NCBI GenBank assembly: GCA_963816145.1
Contig: CAWFJP010000009.1
Coordinates: forward strand, 32,001 to 96,000
Source of the DNA: an uncultured delta proteobacterium
GTDB lineage: Bacteria > Desulfobacterota > Binatia > UBA9968
DNA length: 64,000 nt
Direction: 5' to 3'
Under the pieces are notes generated by a model. It was not told where the DNA came from and ran no database searches. It saw only the letters and a program-made list of their open reading frames with translations. Both the position numbers and the translations under genes were made by a program. Shown here one piece after another: positions 50,864 through 60,983 of this stretch; position 1 is the first letter of the stretch; each line of letters starts with the position of its first letter.

Positions 50864-51851
50864 CTACGGCAAGAAACTCAAATCGATCAGTTGCTGCACG
50901 GTTAGACTCTTCGCTTTTGCATTCTCCTTCGCGATATCGTCGAGCGCCAATTGCATGCCTTTGATACTCGGCTTGCCGTCGTCGGGTAAGGATCGGATAC
51001 GCTGGATGTAATCGAATTCCGCTATGGCGCGGTCGTTGGTGCGCAGCCGCTTCATGGTTTCGCGGATGGCGACCTCTTTTTGCGTCTTATAATAGCGCAC
51101 GCTGTCGAGATAGGCCTTCATGAAACGGCGCACCAGGTCGGCGCGTGATCTTGAGCATATCGTCGCGGGCGATGATCGCCACCTGCTGGTACTCGATATC
51201 TTTCTCGATGAAGTCGAGCAGCAGGTTGAGGCCGCTCTTCTGGCCGATCTGGACCAAACCGAGGGTGAGAACGGCGGCGTCGATACTGCCCGCCTGCAGC
51301 GCGGTTAATCGGGTGGCGGCGCTGCCGACCTGAGTGATGCTGACATCAGTCTTGGGATTCAAGCCGAATTGTGACAATGCCAGCTTGACGGCGAAGTCAT
51401 CCGTGCTGCCGAAGCGGCTGATACCGATGCGTTTGCCTTTGAGCTGGGCCGGCGTCTTGATGTTGGCCAGGGAGACAAAGCCATAGGGGAGTTTGTTATT
51501 CACGCCGCCGATCATTTTTGTCTGGGCGCCTTCGAGATAGGCGACGATGTAGGGCGTGCCGCCGGTGCACAGGAAGTCCAAACTCTTGCCGATGAGCGCC
51601 TGCATGGACAGCGTGCCGCCGGCGATAAAGATCACTTCGACGTCGAGCTGGTTCTGTTTGAGCACGCCGGCGTCCCTGGCGATGCTGAACAACACCGACT
51701 CGGCGCTCGCCGGCGAATTGGTGCCGACGCGCAGGGTTGGCACTTGCGCCCACAGCGGGCAGGCTAGTGCAAGGCTGGCGATGACGATGGCGAGCCGGCA
51801 AGGCCAGTGTTCAGGCGTTACGGCAAGTAGAGGGGGAGATGAGTTCTTCAT
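50864..51851 (-). CDS. NMT1/SsuA-like substrate-binding protein, frameshift near 51148
   Basis: Removing one base joins MLK-SRADLVRRFMKAYLDS; LKGKRIGISRFGS. Confidence 0.8.
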
Positions 51852-51994
51852 CGGCGTCGTTAGAGCTAATGCAAAGCCACCCGGCTGTCAACGTGAAAGA
51901 TTGCCATTGGCGGTTGCAGGCCCAGCGCGAGTTTGCGTATATAAGCTAAACCAGCGGGAAAGTCTGACGGCATTTTTGAGGAGGAAAGAGCTAG

Positions 51995-52603
51995 ATGGCG
52001 ACTATCAAATTTCTCGATCCGCGGGCAGCGGTTAATCCCAAGGAGCAACCATTGGTGCCGGGCTTGGATTCGCTCGAAGGCAAGGTCATCGGCATCATCG
52101 ATAACGGCCAGTCCAATTCGACGGACATGTTCAAGGAGCTGAGCAAATTGCTGCAGGAACGGCTCCACGTCAAAGCAGTGTTGTTCAAGACCAAGCCGAC
52201 GCATATGCAAGGCGCTCCCAAGCCGATCATGGAGGAAATCGTAAACCAGTGTGACGCGGTCATTACCGGTTTAGGCGCTTGAGGTTCATGCACATCGTGG
52301 AGTGTCCACGATGCCATCGATCTGCAAAAGAAAGGCAAACCGACGGTGACGCTGTGCCAGTCGATTTTTATGGAATTGGCGCGCACCGAAGCGAAGTTCT
52401 TCGGTCTCGCTAAACTGCCGCTAGTCGAGATCCCGCATCATCCGAGCGGCGGCGCGCGCGAAGGAGAGCATCGGGCGGACGCCGAAGGGGCGATCGGGTT
52501 GGTTAACGAGCAGCTGAGCTTGAGCAGCGCTGGAGGAGGCAAGCAGGCGAAGACGGGTGATCCCTCTCCTAAATCCCCCCGCAAGCGGGGTAGGAAATTG
52601 TAG
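51995..52603 (+). CDS. UGSC-family selenoprotein (202 aa; Sec at UGA 52280-52282)
   Basis: ORF 51995-52282 and ORF 52346-52603 are in frame; reads ...CDAVITGLGA-U-GSCTSWSVHDAIDLQKKGKPTV...; GAGG RBS; SECIS-like hairpin downstream. Confidence 0.9.
52293..52313 (+). promoter_or_regulatory. Bacterial SECIS-like hairpin
   Basis: CATCGTGGA-GTG-TCCACGATG: perfect 9-bp stem with an apical GU, 10 nt after the UGA. Confidence 0.8.
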
Positions 52604-52635
52604 AATTCGCGCTGACGAGAGCGTGTGAGAATTCC

Positions 52636-53140
52636 ATGTCGGAGTCTTTATTCCTTCCCCCGACTCGGGGGAAGGCTAGGATGGGGGGCGTGGCCACTAC
52701 AATCCAGAAAGCGCGTACGTTAAGAAGCAATTTGACGGATGCGGAACAGTTTCTCTGGCGGCGCTTGCGATTGCGTCAACTCGATGGCCACAAATTTAGA
52801 CGACAACGACCACTTGGACCATACATCGTCGATTTTGTCTGTTTGGAGAAAAAATTAGTAATCGAAGTCGATGGTGGCCAGCATAGCGACAATAAAGTCT
52901 ACGATTCGAGAAGCGCGATCGACTGGACTTAAGACACAAGGTTATCGAATCGTAAGATTTTGGAACAACGAAGTGCTGAAAAACATCGAAGGTGTGATCG
53001 AGATTATTCAGTGTGCTGCGAATGAACCCCCACCTGTATCCTCCCCCGGTTTCGGGGGAGGAAGGTACACCCGTGGCGCGGTGCTAGATAAGCTTGGCGG
53101 GAGTAAATCTATGACAAAGCGGAGTCTTAATAAGCGATGA
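52636..53140 (+). CDS. DUF559 (Vsr-like) endonuclease-domain protein, frameshifted at about 52909-52928
   Basis: ARTLRSNLTDAEQFLW..LR, KFRRQ.PLGPYIVDF.C, IEVDGGQH, then GYRIVRFWNNEV in the next frame. Confidence 0.85.
52651..52688. repeat. REP-like hairpin, left flank of the DUF559 gene
   Basis: CCTTCCCCCG-ACT-CGGGGGAAGG followed by CTAGGATGGGGGG. Confidence 0.8.
53027..53065. repeat. REP-like hairpin, right flank of the DUF559 gene (inverted)
   Basis: CCCCCACCTGTA followed by TCCTCCCCCG-GTTT-CGGGGGAGGA. Confidence 0.8.
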
Positions 53141-54202
53141 ACCTCACCTCAAACCTAATCGAAGTCGAAGATAGTTGGGAAGCGGTCAATGACTGGTTCT
53201 TGAAGGAAAAGCTCAGCGACGGCTTGCCCATCGTGCCGCCGACGGCGGCGCGGGTGGAGAAAATGCTCGCGGCGACGGCGCGCGATCCGGCGCAGGTCAT
53301 TGGGCCGATTCCGCCGAAGTGGGCGCCTTGCTCGATCGAGAAGATCGCCATTAACGCCGTCATGGCGGGCTGTTTGCCGGAATATTTGCCGGTGATCATC
53401 GCCGCGGTGGAAGCGATCTGCGAGCCGCGCTTCAATCTTTACGGCGTCCAGGCGACCACCGGTTACGTCGGCCCGGCGCTGCTGCTCAATGGACCGATTC
53501 GCACGGCGCTGAACGTCAACTGCGACTCGGGAGTGTTCGGTCCTGGTTTTCGATCCAATGCGACCATCGGCCGGGCGATTCGCTTGATTCTCATCACGGT
53601 GGGCGGCGGCTATCCCGGCGATACCGATCGCTCTACTTTCGGCTGGCCGGGAAAGTATACCATGTGTTTCGGCGAGAACCAGGAGAAAAGTCCCTGGGAA
53701 CCCTATCACGTCGAGTTCGGTTTCAAACCTGACGAGAGCACGGTCACGGTCTTCGGCATCAACGGATTTCTGCCGATCCACACCGCCGGCAATCGCGGCG
53801 AGCAGGCGCTGGCTTCATTGGCCGAAGTGATCAGGATGCATCATGGTGTCAGCCATCTGGACGTCGGCAGCTTCGGCGGTGGTACGCCGCTGATCGCGCT
53901 GGGCATCGAGGACGCCGAGATCATGGCGCGGGACGGTATCACCAAGAAGCAGGTCAAAGATTATCTCTGGGAGCATGCGTCGCTCAAGTTCGAAGAAATC
54001 CCGGCGCGGCGCAAAGGGCACAAGTCCGATGACGAATTGATGCGCGAGTCGATCAACATGACGCCGGACGGCGTGGTGCATCTATCCGACCAAGGCGGAA
54101 GACATCATGGTGATCGTCATCGGCGGCAAGCATCGCCATTCGGTGTTTCTGCCGATGTGGACGGGGCGCAATACGTTGTGTGTGATCAAAGGAATTGAGT
54201 AA
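53137..54202 (+). CDS. Conserved uncharacterised protein, probable UGSC partner; +1 frameshift near 54087
   Basis: DGLPIVPPT..RV..ML, IAINAVMAGC.PEY, NATIGRA; corrected C-terminus KAEDIMVIVIGGKHRHSVFLPMW...KGIE*. Confidence 0.8.
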
Positions 54203-54219
54203 GGCGTCAGGAGTAAAGG

Positions 54220-55239
54220 GTGAGGCGTAAGGCGTTAGGAGTGAGGAGTCGCGAGTTGGGGCGGGCACTGCTCGCTCTATCCTTTGTCTTAGTGCAATGC
54301 GCCATCGCTAGCCTGGCACCAGCCCAGGAAAAGGTTCGTTTCCCCATCGGGGCTTCTTCGAAGACCTTCAGTTATGGACCGTTGTGGCTGGCGCAGAAGC
54401 TCGGTTACTTCGAGCGCGAGGGGTTGGACGTACAGATAGTCGTCATGCGCGGCACGCCGATCACGCTGCAAGCGCTTGCGACCGAGTCGATTTATGCCGC
54501 TAATGCCGGCACCGATGGTGTCATTACGGCCGTGGATAAAGGTTTGGATTTCGCCATGGTCGGTAGCTTGCTCAACAACCTGAGCATGAGCCTGGTCGCC
54601 GCCAAGCCGTACAAGACTTTCGACGATCTGCGCGGCAAGACTATCGGTTCGCAAACCCTCACCACGGGCACCGGGTTTGCGCTGCGCTTGGTGTTGCGCG
54701 CGCATGGGCTTGAATACCCGCGCGACTACCAGATTTTTAATGTCGGCGGCGTCACTGACCGCTATCTCGCGCTGCAATCCGGACAAATCGCCGCGACGCC
54801 GCTGAGCGTGCCGCTCGATAACGACGCCAAACAAAAGGGGTTCAATGTCATAGGTTACTTCGCCGACGATCTACCGACTTATTTTTTCAATCCCTATATC
54901 GTCAAGCGCTCTTGGGCCGAGAAAAATCGACCGCTAGTGGTGCGCTATATGAAGACGATCACGCAAACCCACCGCTGGCTGTTCGACAACCGCGACCCGG
55001 CCTGCGCGTATCTGGCGAAGGAAATGTCGATGACCGTGGAGAACTGCCGTATTGCCTGGGAATACAGCGTCAAGAATCGCGTGTGGGATCGCAACGCCGA
55101 GCTCAATGTGGACGGCGTGCGCACCATGATCAAGATCGTCGCCGAGATCAACGGCCAGAAGGAGCCGCTGGCACAGCCGGCGAAATATATCGATCCGAGT
55201 TATTTGAAGCAAGCGCTGGGAGAGTTGGCGAAGAAGTAA
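54220..55239 (+). CDS. NMT1/SsuA-like substrate-binding protein
   Basis: Signal peptide; SSKTFSYGPLW, GYFEREGLDV; start uncertain. Confidence 0.88.
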   Translation: MRRKALGVRSRELGRALLALSFVLVQCAIASLAPAQEKVRFPIGASSKTFSYGPLWLAQKLGYFEREGLDVQIVVMRGTPITLQALATESIYAANAGTDGVITAVDKGLDFAMVGSLLNNLSMSLVAAKPYKTFDDLRGKTIGSQTLTTGTGFALRLVLRAHGLEYPRDYQIFNVGGVTDRYLALQSGQIAATPLSVPLDNDAKQKGFNVIGYFADDLPTYFFNPYIVKRSWAEKNRPLVVRYMKTITQTHRWLFDNRDPACAYLAKEMSMTVENCRIAWEYSVKNRVWDRNAELNVDGVRTMIKIVAEINGQKEPLAQPAKYIDPSYLKQALGELAKK

Positions 55240-55278
55240 GATAGTCAGGAGCAAGTAGTCAGGAGTTAGGAGTTTCAG

Positions 55279-56259
55279 ATGATGAGACGAATCGTCGCCG
55301 GCTGCTTACTAATGTTCGGTCTGCTCGCGGGACGTATCGACGCCCAGGAAAGGTTTCGCTTCCCCATCGGCGAGTCATCGAAGACCTTGAGCTATGGGCC
55401 ACTGTGGGTGGCGGCGAAGATGGGTTTCTTTGAGAAGGAGGGGTTAGAAGTTCCGATCGTTACCATGCGCGGTTCGCCCCTGACCATTCAAGCGCTGACG
55501 GCCGATTCCATTTACGTCGCCAGCGCCACCGTCGACACGCTCATCAACGCGTACGAGAGAGGCGCGGATATCACCATGATCGGCGGCTTGATCAATGGAC
55601 TTGGGTTGAGCATGATCGGCGCCAAGCAGTACAAGACCTACGGAGACCTGCGCGGCACGACTATCGGTTCCCAGACGCTAACCTCCGGCACCGGCTTCGC
55701 CCTGCGGCTGGTGATGAAAGTCCACGGCCTTGAATATCCGCGAGACTATAAGCTCCTGAACATCGGCAGCGCGCCGGATCGCTTTCGGGCGTTGGCTTCG
55801 GGGCAGATCTCATCCGCGCCCGTGGGTGTGCCACTCGACCTCGTCGCAAAGCAACAAGGTTTCAACATCATCGGCTATTTCGCCGACGATCAGCCCAATT
55901 TTCAGTTCAACGTCTATATCGTCAAGCGTTCTTGGGCGGAAAAAAACCGGACGTTGGTGGTGCGCTTCATGAAAGCGATGGTCGCGACGATGCGTTGGAT
56001 GGCTGACAACCGCGACGCGGCCTGTGCTTATCTGACCAAGGAGATGTCCATCGGCATGGACGATTGCCGCTATGCCTACGATTATAACTGGAAAAACCGT
56101 ATATGGGATCGCAATGCCGATCTCAACGTCGAAGGCGTGCGCACGATCATCAATTTAACCGCGGACCAAGGGGTCTTGAAAGAGCCTCTGCCCCAACCGT
56201 CGAAATACGTCGATCCCAGCTATCTCAAACAGGCCCTCGCGGAAGTGGGCAAGCCGTGA
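55279..56259 (+). CDS. NMT1/SsuA-like substrate-binding protein (close paralogue of 54220)
   Basis: SSKTLSYGPLW, GSQTLTSGTGFALRL, LEYPRDY. Confidence 0.9.
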   Translation: MMRRIVAGCLLMFGLLAGRIDAQERFRFPIGESSKTLSYGPLWVAAKMGFFEKEGLEVPIVTMRGSPLTIQALTADSIYVASATVDTLINAYERGADITMIGGLINGLGLSMIGAKQYKTYGDLRGTTIGSQTLTSGTGFALRLVMKVHGLEYPRDYKLLNIGSAPDRFRALASGQISSAPVGVPLDLVAKQQGFNIIGYFADDQPNFQFNVYIVKRSWAEKNRTLVVRFMKAMVATMRWMADNRDAACAYLTKEMSIGMDDCRYAYDYNWKNRIWDRNADLNVEGVRTIINLTADQGVLKEPLPQPSKYVDPSYLKQALAEVGKP

Positions 56260-56308
56260 AAGGTGAGGCGAGCAACTTGAGGCGCGAGACAGAAAAATAG
56301 GAGTAAGT

Positions 56309-57310
56309 ATGGATAAGTCAATTCGCTTGGCTGCTTTGATTTCGTTATTGAGCGTGGCATCTCTGGCCGCTTCTGTCAGCGCCCAGGACAAGATTCGCAT
56401 GGGCTTGAGTTCGGTGAGCGGGTTACACACCGCTGTCTGGGTGGCTGAAACAAAAGGGCTCTTTCGTAAACACGGATTGGATGTCGAAGTGATCGTCACC
56501 GGCCAGGGCGGCACTGCGGGCATTAGCGCGCTAATTGCGAACGACGTGCAAATGGTGAACTCAGCCGGCGATGTCTTGGTCGCGGCTGCACTGCGCGGCG
56601 GCGATACCGTGATGGTCGCCGGTGTCGTCAACAAGGGGCTGCAGCGGTTGATCACCAAGCCCGACATAAAAACTCCCGCGGATCTAAAGGGCAAACGAGT
56701 CGGCGTCACCCGCATTGGCGCGGTGTCCCATTCCGTGTTGTTGATGATGCTGCAGCGCTGGAAGATGAGCGTCAACGACGTCCAGGTCATGCAGCTCGGC
56801 TCGTCGCCGAGCATGCTGGCGACCCTGGACAAGGGAGGCATCGAAGGAGCTGTGGTGACGATTCCTTCGATGTTCGTCGCCGAAGACCGCGGATATCGAG
56901 TGTTGCTCGATATGGCCGATACCGACATTTACTATTTGCATACGATGGTCGCGACAACGCGCCAATACATCAAAAATAATCGCGACAAGGTGCTGCGCTT
57001 TCTCAAGGGTTATGTCGAAGGAATTGCGTTTGTCAAACATAACAGGCAGGAAAGTGTGGACATCGTCAAGAAGAAGCTTCGCATCGGTCCCGAGCAGGAG
57101 AAGACTCTGGAACGCTCGATAGATTTATTAGTCGCGAAATACTACGAGTCGGTGCCCTATCCATCGTTGCGCGGCGTTGAAACGGTGCTCGGCTTCATCG
57201 AAAAGGACAATCCCAAGGCGAAGACCGCCGATCCGAAGTCGTTCGTCGACGACAGTTTGCTGCGCGAGATCGAGCAGAGCGGGTTTGTGAAGACGCTTTA
57301 TGCGAAATAG
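56309..57310 (+). CDS. NMT1/SsuA-like substrate-binding protein
   Basis: Signal peptide; WVAETKGLFRKHGLDVE, DLKGKRVGVTRIG. Confidence 0.9.
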   Translation: MDKSIRLAALISLLSVASLAASVSAQDKIRMGLSSVSGLHTAVWVAETKGLFRKHGLDVEVIVTGQGGTAGISALIANDVQMVNSAGDVLVAAALRGGDTVMVAGVVNKGLQRLITKPDIKTPADLKGKRVGVTRIGAVSHSVLLMMLQRWKMSVNDVQVMQLGSSPSMLATLDKGGIEGAVVTIPSMFVAEDRGYRVLLDMADTDIYYLHTMVATTRQYIKNNRDKVLRFLKGYVEGIAFVKHNRQESVDIVKKKLRIGPEQEKTLERSIDLLVAKYYESVPYPSLRGVETVLGFIEKDNPKAKTADPKSFVDDSLLREIEQSGFVKTLYAK

Positions 57311-57403
57311 CGCTTGCCGAGGGAAACTATTACTGTAATCCGCTTGACAGCTTCCCAACGGCTCGAATAAGAATTGAATAAATTAACCTAGGAGGTACGA
57401 AAA

Positions 57404-58243
57404 GTGGCTGCAACATTATGGAAAGAATATAAGACCGTTAGGGTTGAAAAAGAAGACGGGACGACCTGGTGTATTCTCAATCGGCCTGAGAAAAGAAACG
57501 CCATGAACCCGCAGCTTCATTATGACATGCTCGAAGCCCTGACCGAACTGGAAGTCGACAAGGAAACTCAGGTGCTGGTGCTGACCGGAGCCGGGCCGAG
57601 CTGGTGCGCCGGCCAGGACTTGCGCGAATATTTCCGCGGGACGGATAACAATGCCCTTGAGCGGCGCAAAGCCAGCTGGGCGTCGCAAGAATGGCGCTGG
57701 CGCCGGCTGTTCTATTTTCCCAAGCCGACCATTGCCATGGTCAACGGCTTTTGCTTCGGCGGCGCGTTCACGCCGCTGATCGCTTGCGACTTTGCGATTG
57801 CTGCTGAAGATGCGACCTTCGGCTTGAGCGAAATCAATTGGGGTATTTTCCCGGGCGGGTTGGTCAGCCGCGTGTTGGCGGACGCCATGAGTTATCGCGA
57901 CGCCATGTGGTACATCATGACCGGCGATCCTTTTGACGGCAAAAGAGCCGCGGAAGTGAAGTTGGTCAATTTTGCCGTGCCGAAAGACAAGCTGCGCGAA
58001 GAGACCATGAAGCTCGCCGACAAGCTGAAGAAGAAGAATCCTCAGGTGCTGCGCGCTGCTAAGGAAGTCTACAAACACTGCCGCACCATGGAATACAGCC
58101 AGGCCGAAGAATACATGTCGGCCAAGGGAACGGCGCTGCGTCTCACCGACCCGGAAAAGGGGCGCGAGACCGGCATGGAGCAGTTCCTCGACAAAAAGAC
58201 CTACCGTCCAGGCTTGGGCGAGTACAAGCGGGACGCGAAGTAG
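57404..58243 (+). CDS. p-hydroxycinnamoyl-CoA hydratase/lyase-like crotonase
   Basis: LNRPEKRNAM, AGQDLREYFR, FGGAFTPL.ACD, GLSEINWG, QFLDKK..RPGL..YKR; AGGAGG RBS. Confidence 0.85.
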   Translation: MAATLWKEYKTVRVEKEDGTTWCILNRPEKRNAMNPQLHYDMLEALTELEVDKETQVLVLTGAGPSWCAGQDLREYFRGTDNNALERRKASWASQEWRWRRLFYFPKPTIAMVNGFCFGGAFTPLIACDFAIAAEDATFGLSEINWGIFPGGLVSRVLADAMSYRDAMWYIMTGDPFDGKRAAEVKLVNFAVPKDKLREETMKLADKLKKKNPQVLRAAKEVYKHCRTMEYSQAEEYMSAKGTALRLTDPEKGRETGMEQFLDKKTYRPGLGEYKRDAK

Positions 58244-58379
58244 TTAGAGAGGATAATGGAAAACAGAATGGGGAAGTCGGAGGGAATTGCTGATGTACGT
58301 GAGCAGGGTTTCCGAATTATCTATTCTTTTCATTATCCTACTCCTGATCATTCTGAAGTCTATTTACCGAGTGACCACG

Positions 58380-59540
58380 ATGGATTTCAATCTTCCCGAA
58401 GAGCTGCAGCTTTTAAAAGACACGGTTCGTAAATTCGTCGACCGCGAGCTGATTCCGCTGGAGCGAGAGTGCCGGCCGGAAGGCGAGGACATGCCGGAGC
58501 AGTTTATTAAACCGCTCCAGGAAAAGGCCAAGGCGATCGGCCTCTGGCTGCTCGACGTGCCCCAAGAATACGGCGGTGCCGGGCTCGACCTGATGAGCCG
58601 CTGCGTGATCATGGAAGAGGTCGCGCGCACCATCGCGATTCCGTTTCGCTACGCGCCGATCTTCGGGCCGGAAGTGCGGCCGGTGCTATTTCACTGCAAC
58701 GACGAACAGAAAAAGCGTTTCCTGCAGCCGGTGATCGACGGTAAAATCAAAATTTGCTTTGCCCAGACCGAGCCCGATGCGGGAAGCGATCCGGCCGGCA
58801 TGAAGACCCGGGCAATCAAAGACGGTGACTCCTACGTCATCAACGGCACTAAAAGATTTATCACCGGCGCCAAGAGCGCCGATTACGCCCAGGTCATCGC
58901 GGTCACCGATCCGGCCAAGGGCGCGCGCGGCGGCGTGAGTTGTTTCATGGTCAGCATGAAGGCGCCCGGCGTGACGCTGGAAAAATTGTGGCCAACCATG
59001 ATGGGCGACACCCCGGGACAAATTCATTTTGAAAATGTCCGCGTATCGGCGGCCGATATGATCGGCGGCGAGGGACAGGGCTTTTCCATCGCGCAGAAGT
59101 GGATCGAAGAGGGGCGCGTGCGCGGCCACGGCGCACGGCCGGTGGGTATCGCTTCGCGCGCCCTCGACATGATGATCGAATACTCAAAAGTGCGCACGAC
59201 CTTCGGCCAGCCGCTGGCCAATCGCCAAGCGATTCAATTCATGATCGCCGACTCGGCGATGGAGCTGCACGCTTGCCGTTTGATGGTTTACGAATGCGCC
59301 TGGCGCCATGACCGCGGCGAAGATATTCGCCAACTCTCTTACATGACGAAGATCCAGTGCGCCGAGATGGCCAGCCGCGTGGTCGACCGCTCGATCCAGG
59401 TCCACGGCGGTCTAGGCCTCATGCGCGAACTGCCGTTGGAATGGTGGTACCGCCAAGTGCGCAGCCTGCGCATCACCGAAGGCACGCCGGAAGTGCTGCG
59501 CTGGCGGCTGGCGGAGCATATCATCAGAAATCACAAGTGA
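58380..59540 (+). CDS. Acyl-CoA dehydrogenase
   Basis: MDFNL, EYGGAG, FAQTEPDAGSD, NGTKRFIT, RTTFG, QVHGGLG, RITEGT. Confidence 0.95.
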   Translation: MDFNLPEELQLLKDTVRKFVDRELIPLERECRPEGEDMPEQFIKPLQEKAKAIGLWLLDVPQEYGGAGLDLMSRCVIMEEVARTIAIPFRYAPIFGPEVRPVLFHCNDEQKKRFLQPVIDGKIKICFAQTEPDAGSDPAGMKTRAIKDGDSYVINGTKRFITGAKSADYAQVIAVTDPAKGARGGVSCFMVSMKAPGVTLEKLWPTMMGDTPGQIHFENVRVSAADMIGGEGQGFSIAQKWIEEGRVRGHGARPVGIASRALDMMIEYSKVRTTFGQPLANRQAIQFMIADSAMELHACRLMVYECAWRHDRGEDIRQLSYMTKIQCAEMASRVVDRSIQVHGGLGLMRELPLEWWYRQVRSLRITEGTPEVLRWRLAEHIIRNHK

Positions 59541-59649
59541 CGAAGTTCGGGTCGAGGATGGAGGATTGAAGATTGACGATAGCCATCCTCGATCCTCCAT
59601 CATCCATCCTCGAAGTCGGTATCATTAATGCTTCGATCAAACCCTGCAC

Positions 59650-60860
59650 ATGATTGAAATCGACAACACCACATCGCTTCTCTCCGGCTACCGTGTCCTC
59701 GACTTGAGTTCGTCCATGGGATCGTTTTGCGGCAAGGTGCTGCGTGATCTGGGCATGAACGTGATCAAGATCGAGCCGCCCGGCGGCGATGCCGGCCGGT
59801 TGGAACCGCCGTTTGCCAAAGGTCATGCGCACCGCGAGGGCAGTTTGCGGTTCGCCTATCTCAATGCCGGTAAGAAGAGCGTCACCCTCGATATCGCCAA
59901 GGACAGCGGGCGCAAAATCTTTCTCGATCTGGTGGCGAAATCGGATATTGTCCTTGAAACCTTCGAGCCGGGCGAGCTCGCCGCGCGCGGTCTCGGCTAC
60001 GCGCAGCTGCTAGAAAAGCAGAGCAAGTTGATCCTGGTTTCGCTCACTGGTTTCGGCCAGGACGGGCCCTACGCCCATTACAAAGCGCCGGACATCGTCG
60101 GCAACGCCATGGGCGCGCTGCTTTACATCAGCGGCGATCCGAAGATGACGCCGTGCAATCCGCCGGAGACCCAGGCGTACTATTATGCGAGCTTGATGGC
60201 GTGCTATGGCACGATGCTGGCGCTGTGGCAGCGCGAGATGCGCGGCATCGGCGCGTGGATCGACGGCTCGGTGCAGGCGAGCATGGCGCTGCACGAGCAT
60301 GTGGCCTTCAACTACGCGGCGGAGAAGCGTGTCATGAAACGCGCCGGCAGCCAGCACCAGCACAACGCGCCGGCGAATCTATTCCAGTGCAAGAACGGCT
60401 GGATCGCGCTCTTTGTCACGCAAACTCATTGGCCGCTGCTGCTCAAAGTTTGGGACAATCACGAGCCGGGGCTGGACGATCCCAAGTGGATCAACAGCAA
60501 TCTGCGGCGCAAGGAAGCCGACTACATCAACGCTCAGGTGACCTCTTTCACGATGCGTTATACCAAGGAAGATCTCGCCGAGCTGATGCAAAAAAACGGC
60601 ATCCCCGGTTTACCGGTGAATTCGCCGGCGGATTTCATGAAGGACCCGCATATCCAGGCGCGCAACTTCTTTAGCCAGGTGACCCATCCGGTGCTGGGCA
60701 CGTTTAACGCGCCAGGGAGTTTCTTCACCGTGGACAGCAAACGCGCCGCGCCCGCTCCGGCGCCGCTTTTGGGACAACATAATCATCGGAGGTGCTCGGC
60801 GGCGAGTTGGGGTTCAGCGCCGAGAAGCTGGCCGCGCTGACGGCGGAAAGAATAATCTAG
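59650..60860 (+). CDS. Family III CoA-transferase (CaiB/BaiF), C-terminal frameshift near 60785
   Basis: LSGYRVLDL, VIKIEPPGGD, LNAGKKS, APLLGQHN; corrected tail EVLGGELGFS...RII*. Confidence 0.9.
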
Positions 60861-60862
60861 AA

Positions 60863-60975
60863 AATGGATAATGGATAATTGAGAATGGATAACGTGAAGA
60901 GCAAATCGGATCGAGCTGAGTAAGTTCAATTGAGCTGTCCGAAAATTATCAATTCTCCATTATCCATTTTCAATT
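60863..60975. repeat. Heptamer inverted tandem repeats (others at 5836-5877, 12936-13096, 17150-17250, 50803-50853, 54200-54250, 59551-59612, 63395-63475)
   Basis: AATGGAT x n ... ATCCATT; likewise AGGCAAT/TTGCCTA, GAGGATG/CATCCTC, ATTTCGG. Confidence 0.72.
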
Positions 60976-60983
60976 AATCAGAA

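Noticed and set aside
57344-57374. TTGACA sigma70 promoter candidates (also on the minus strand near 51884-51889)
   Set aside because: Perfect -35 but no convincing -10 at 16-18 bp spacing.
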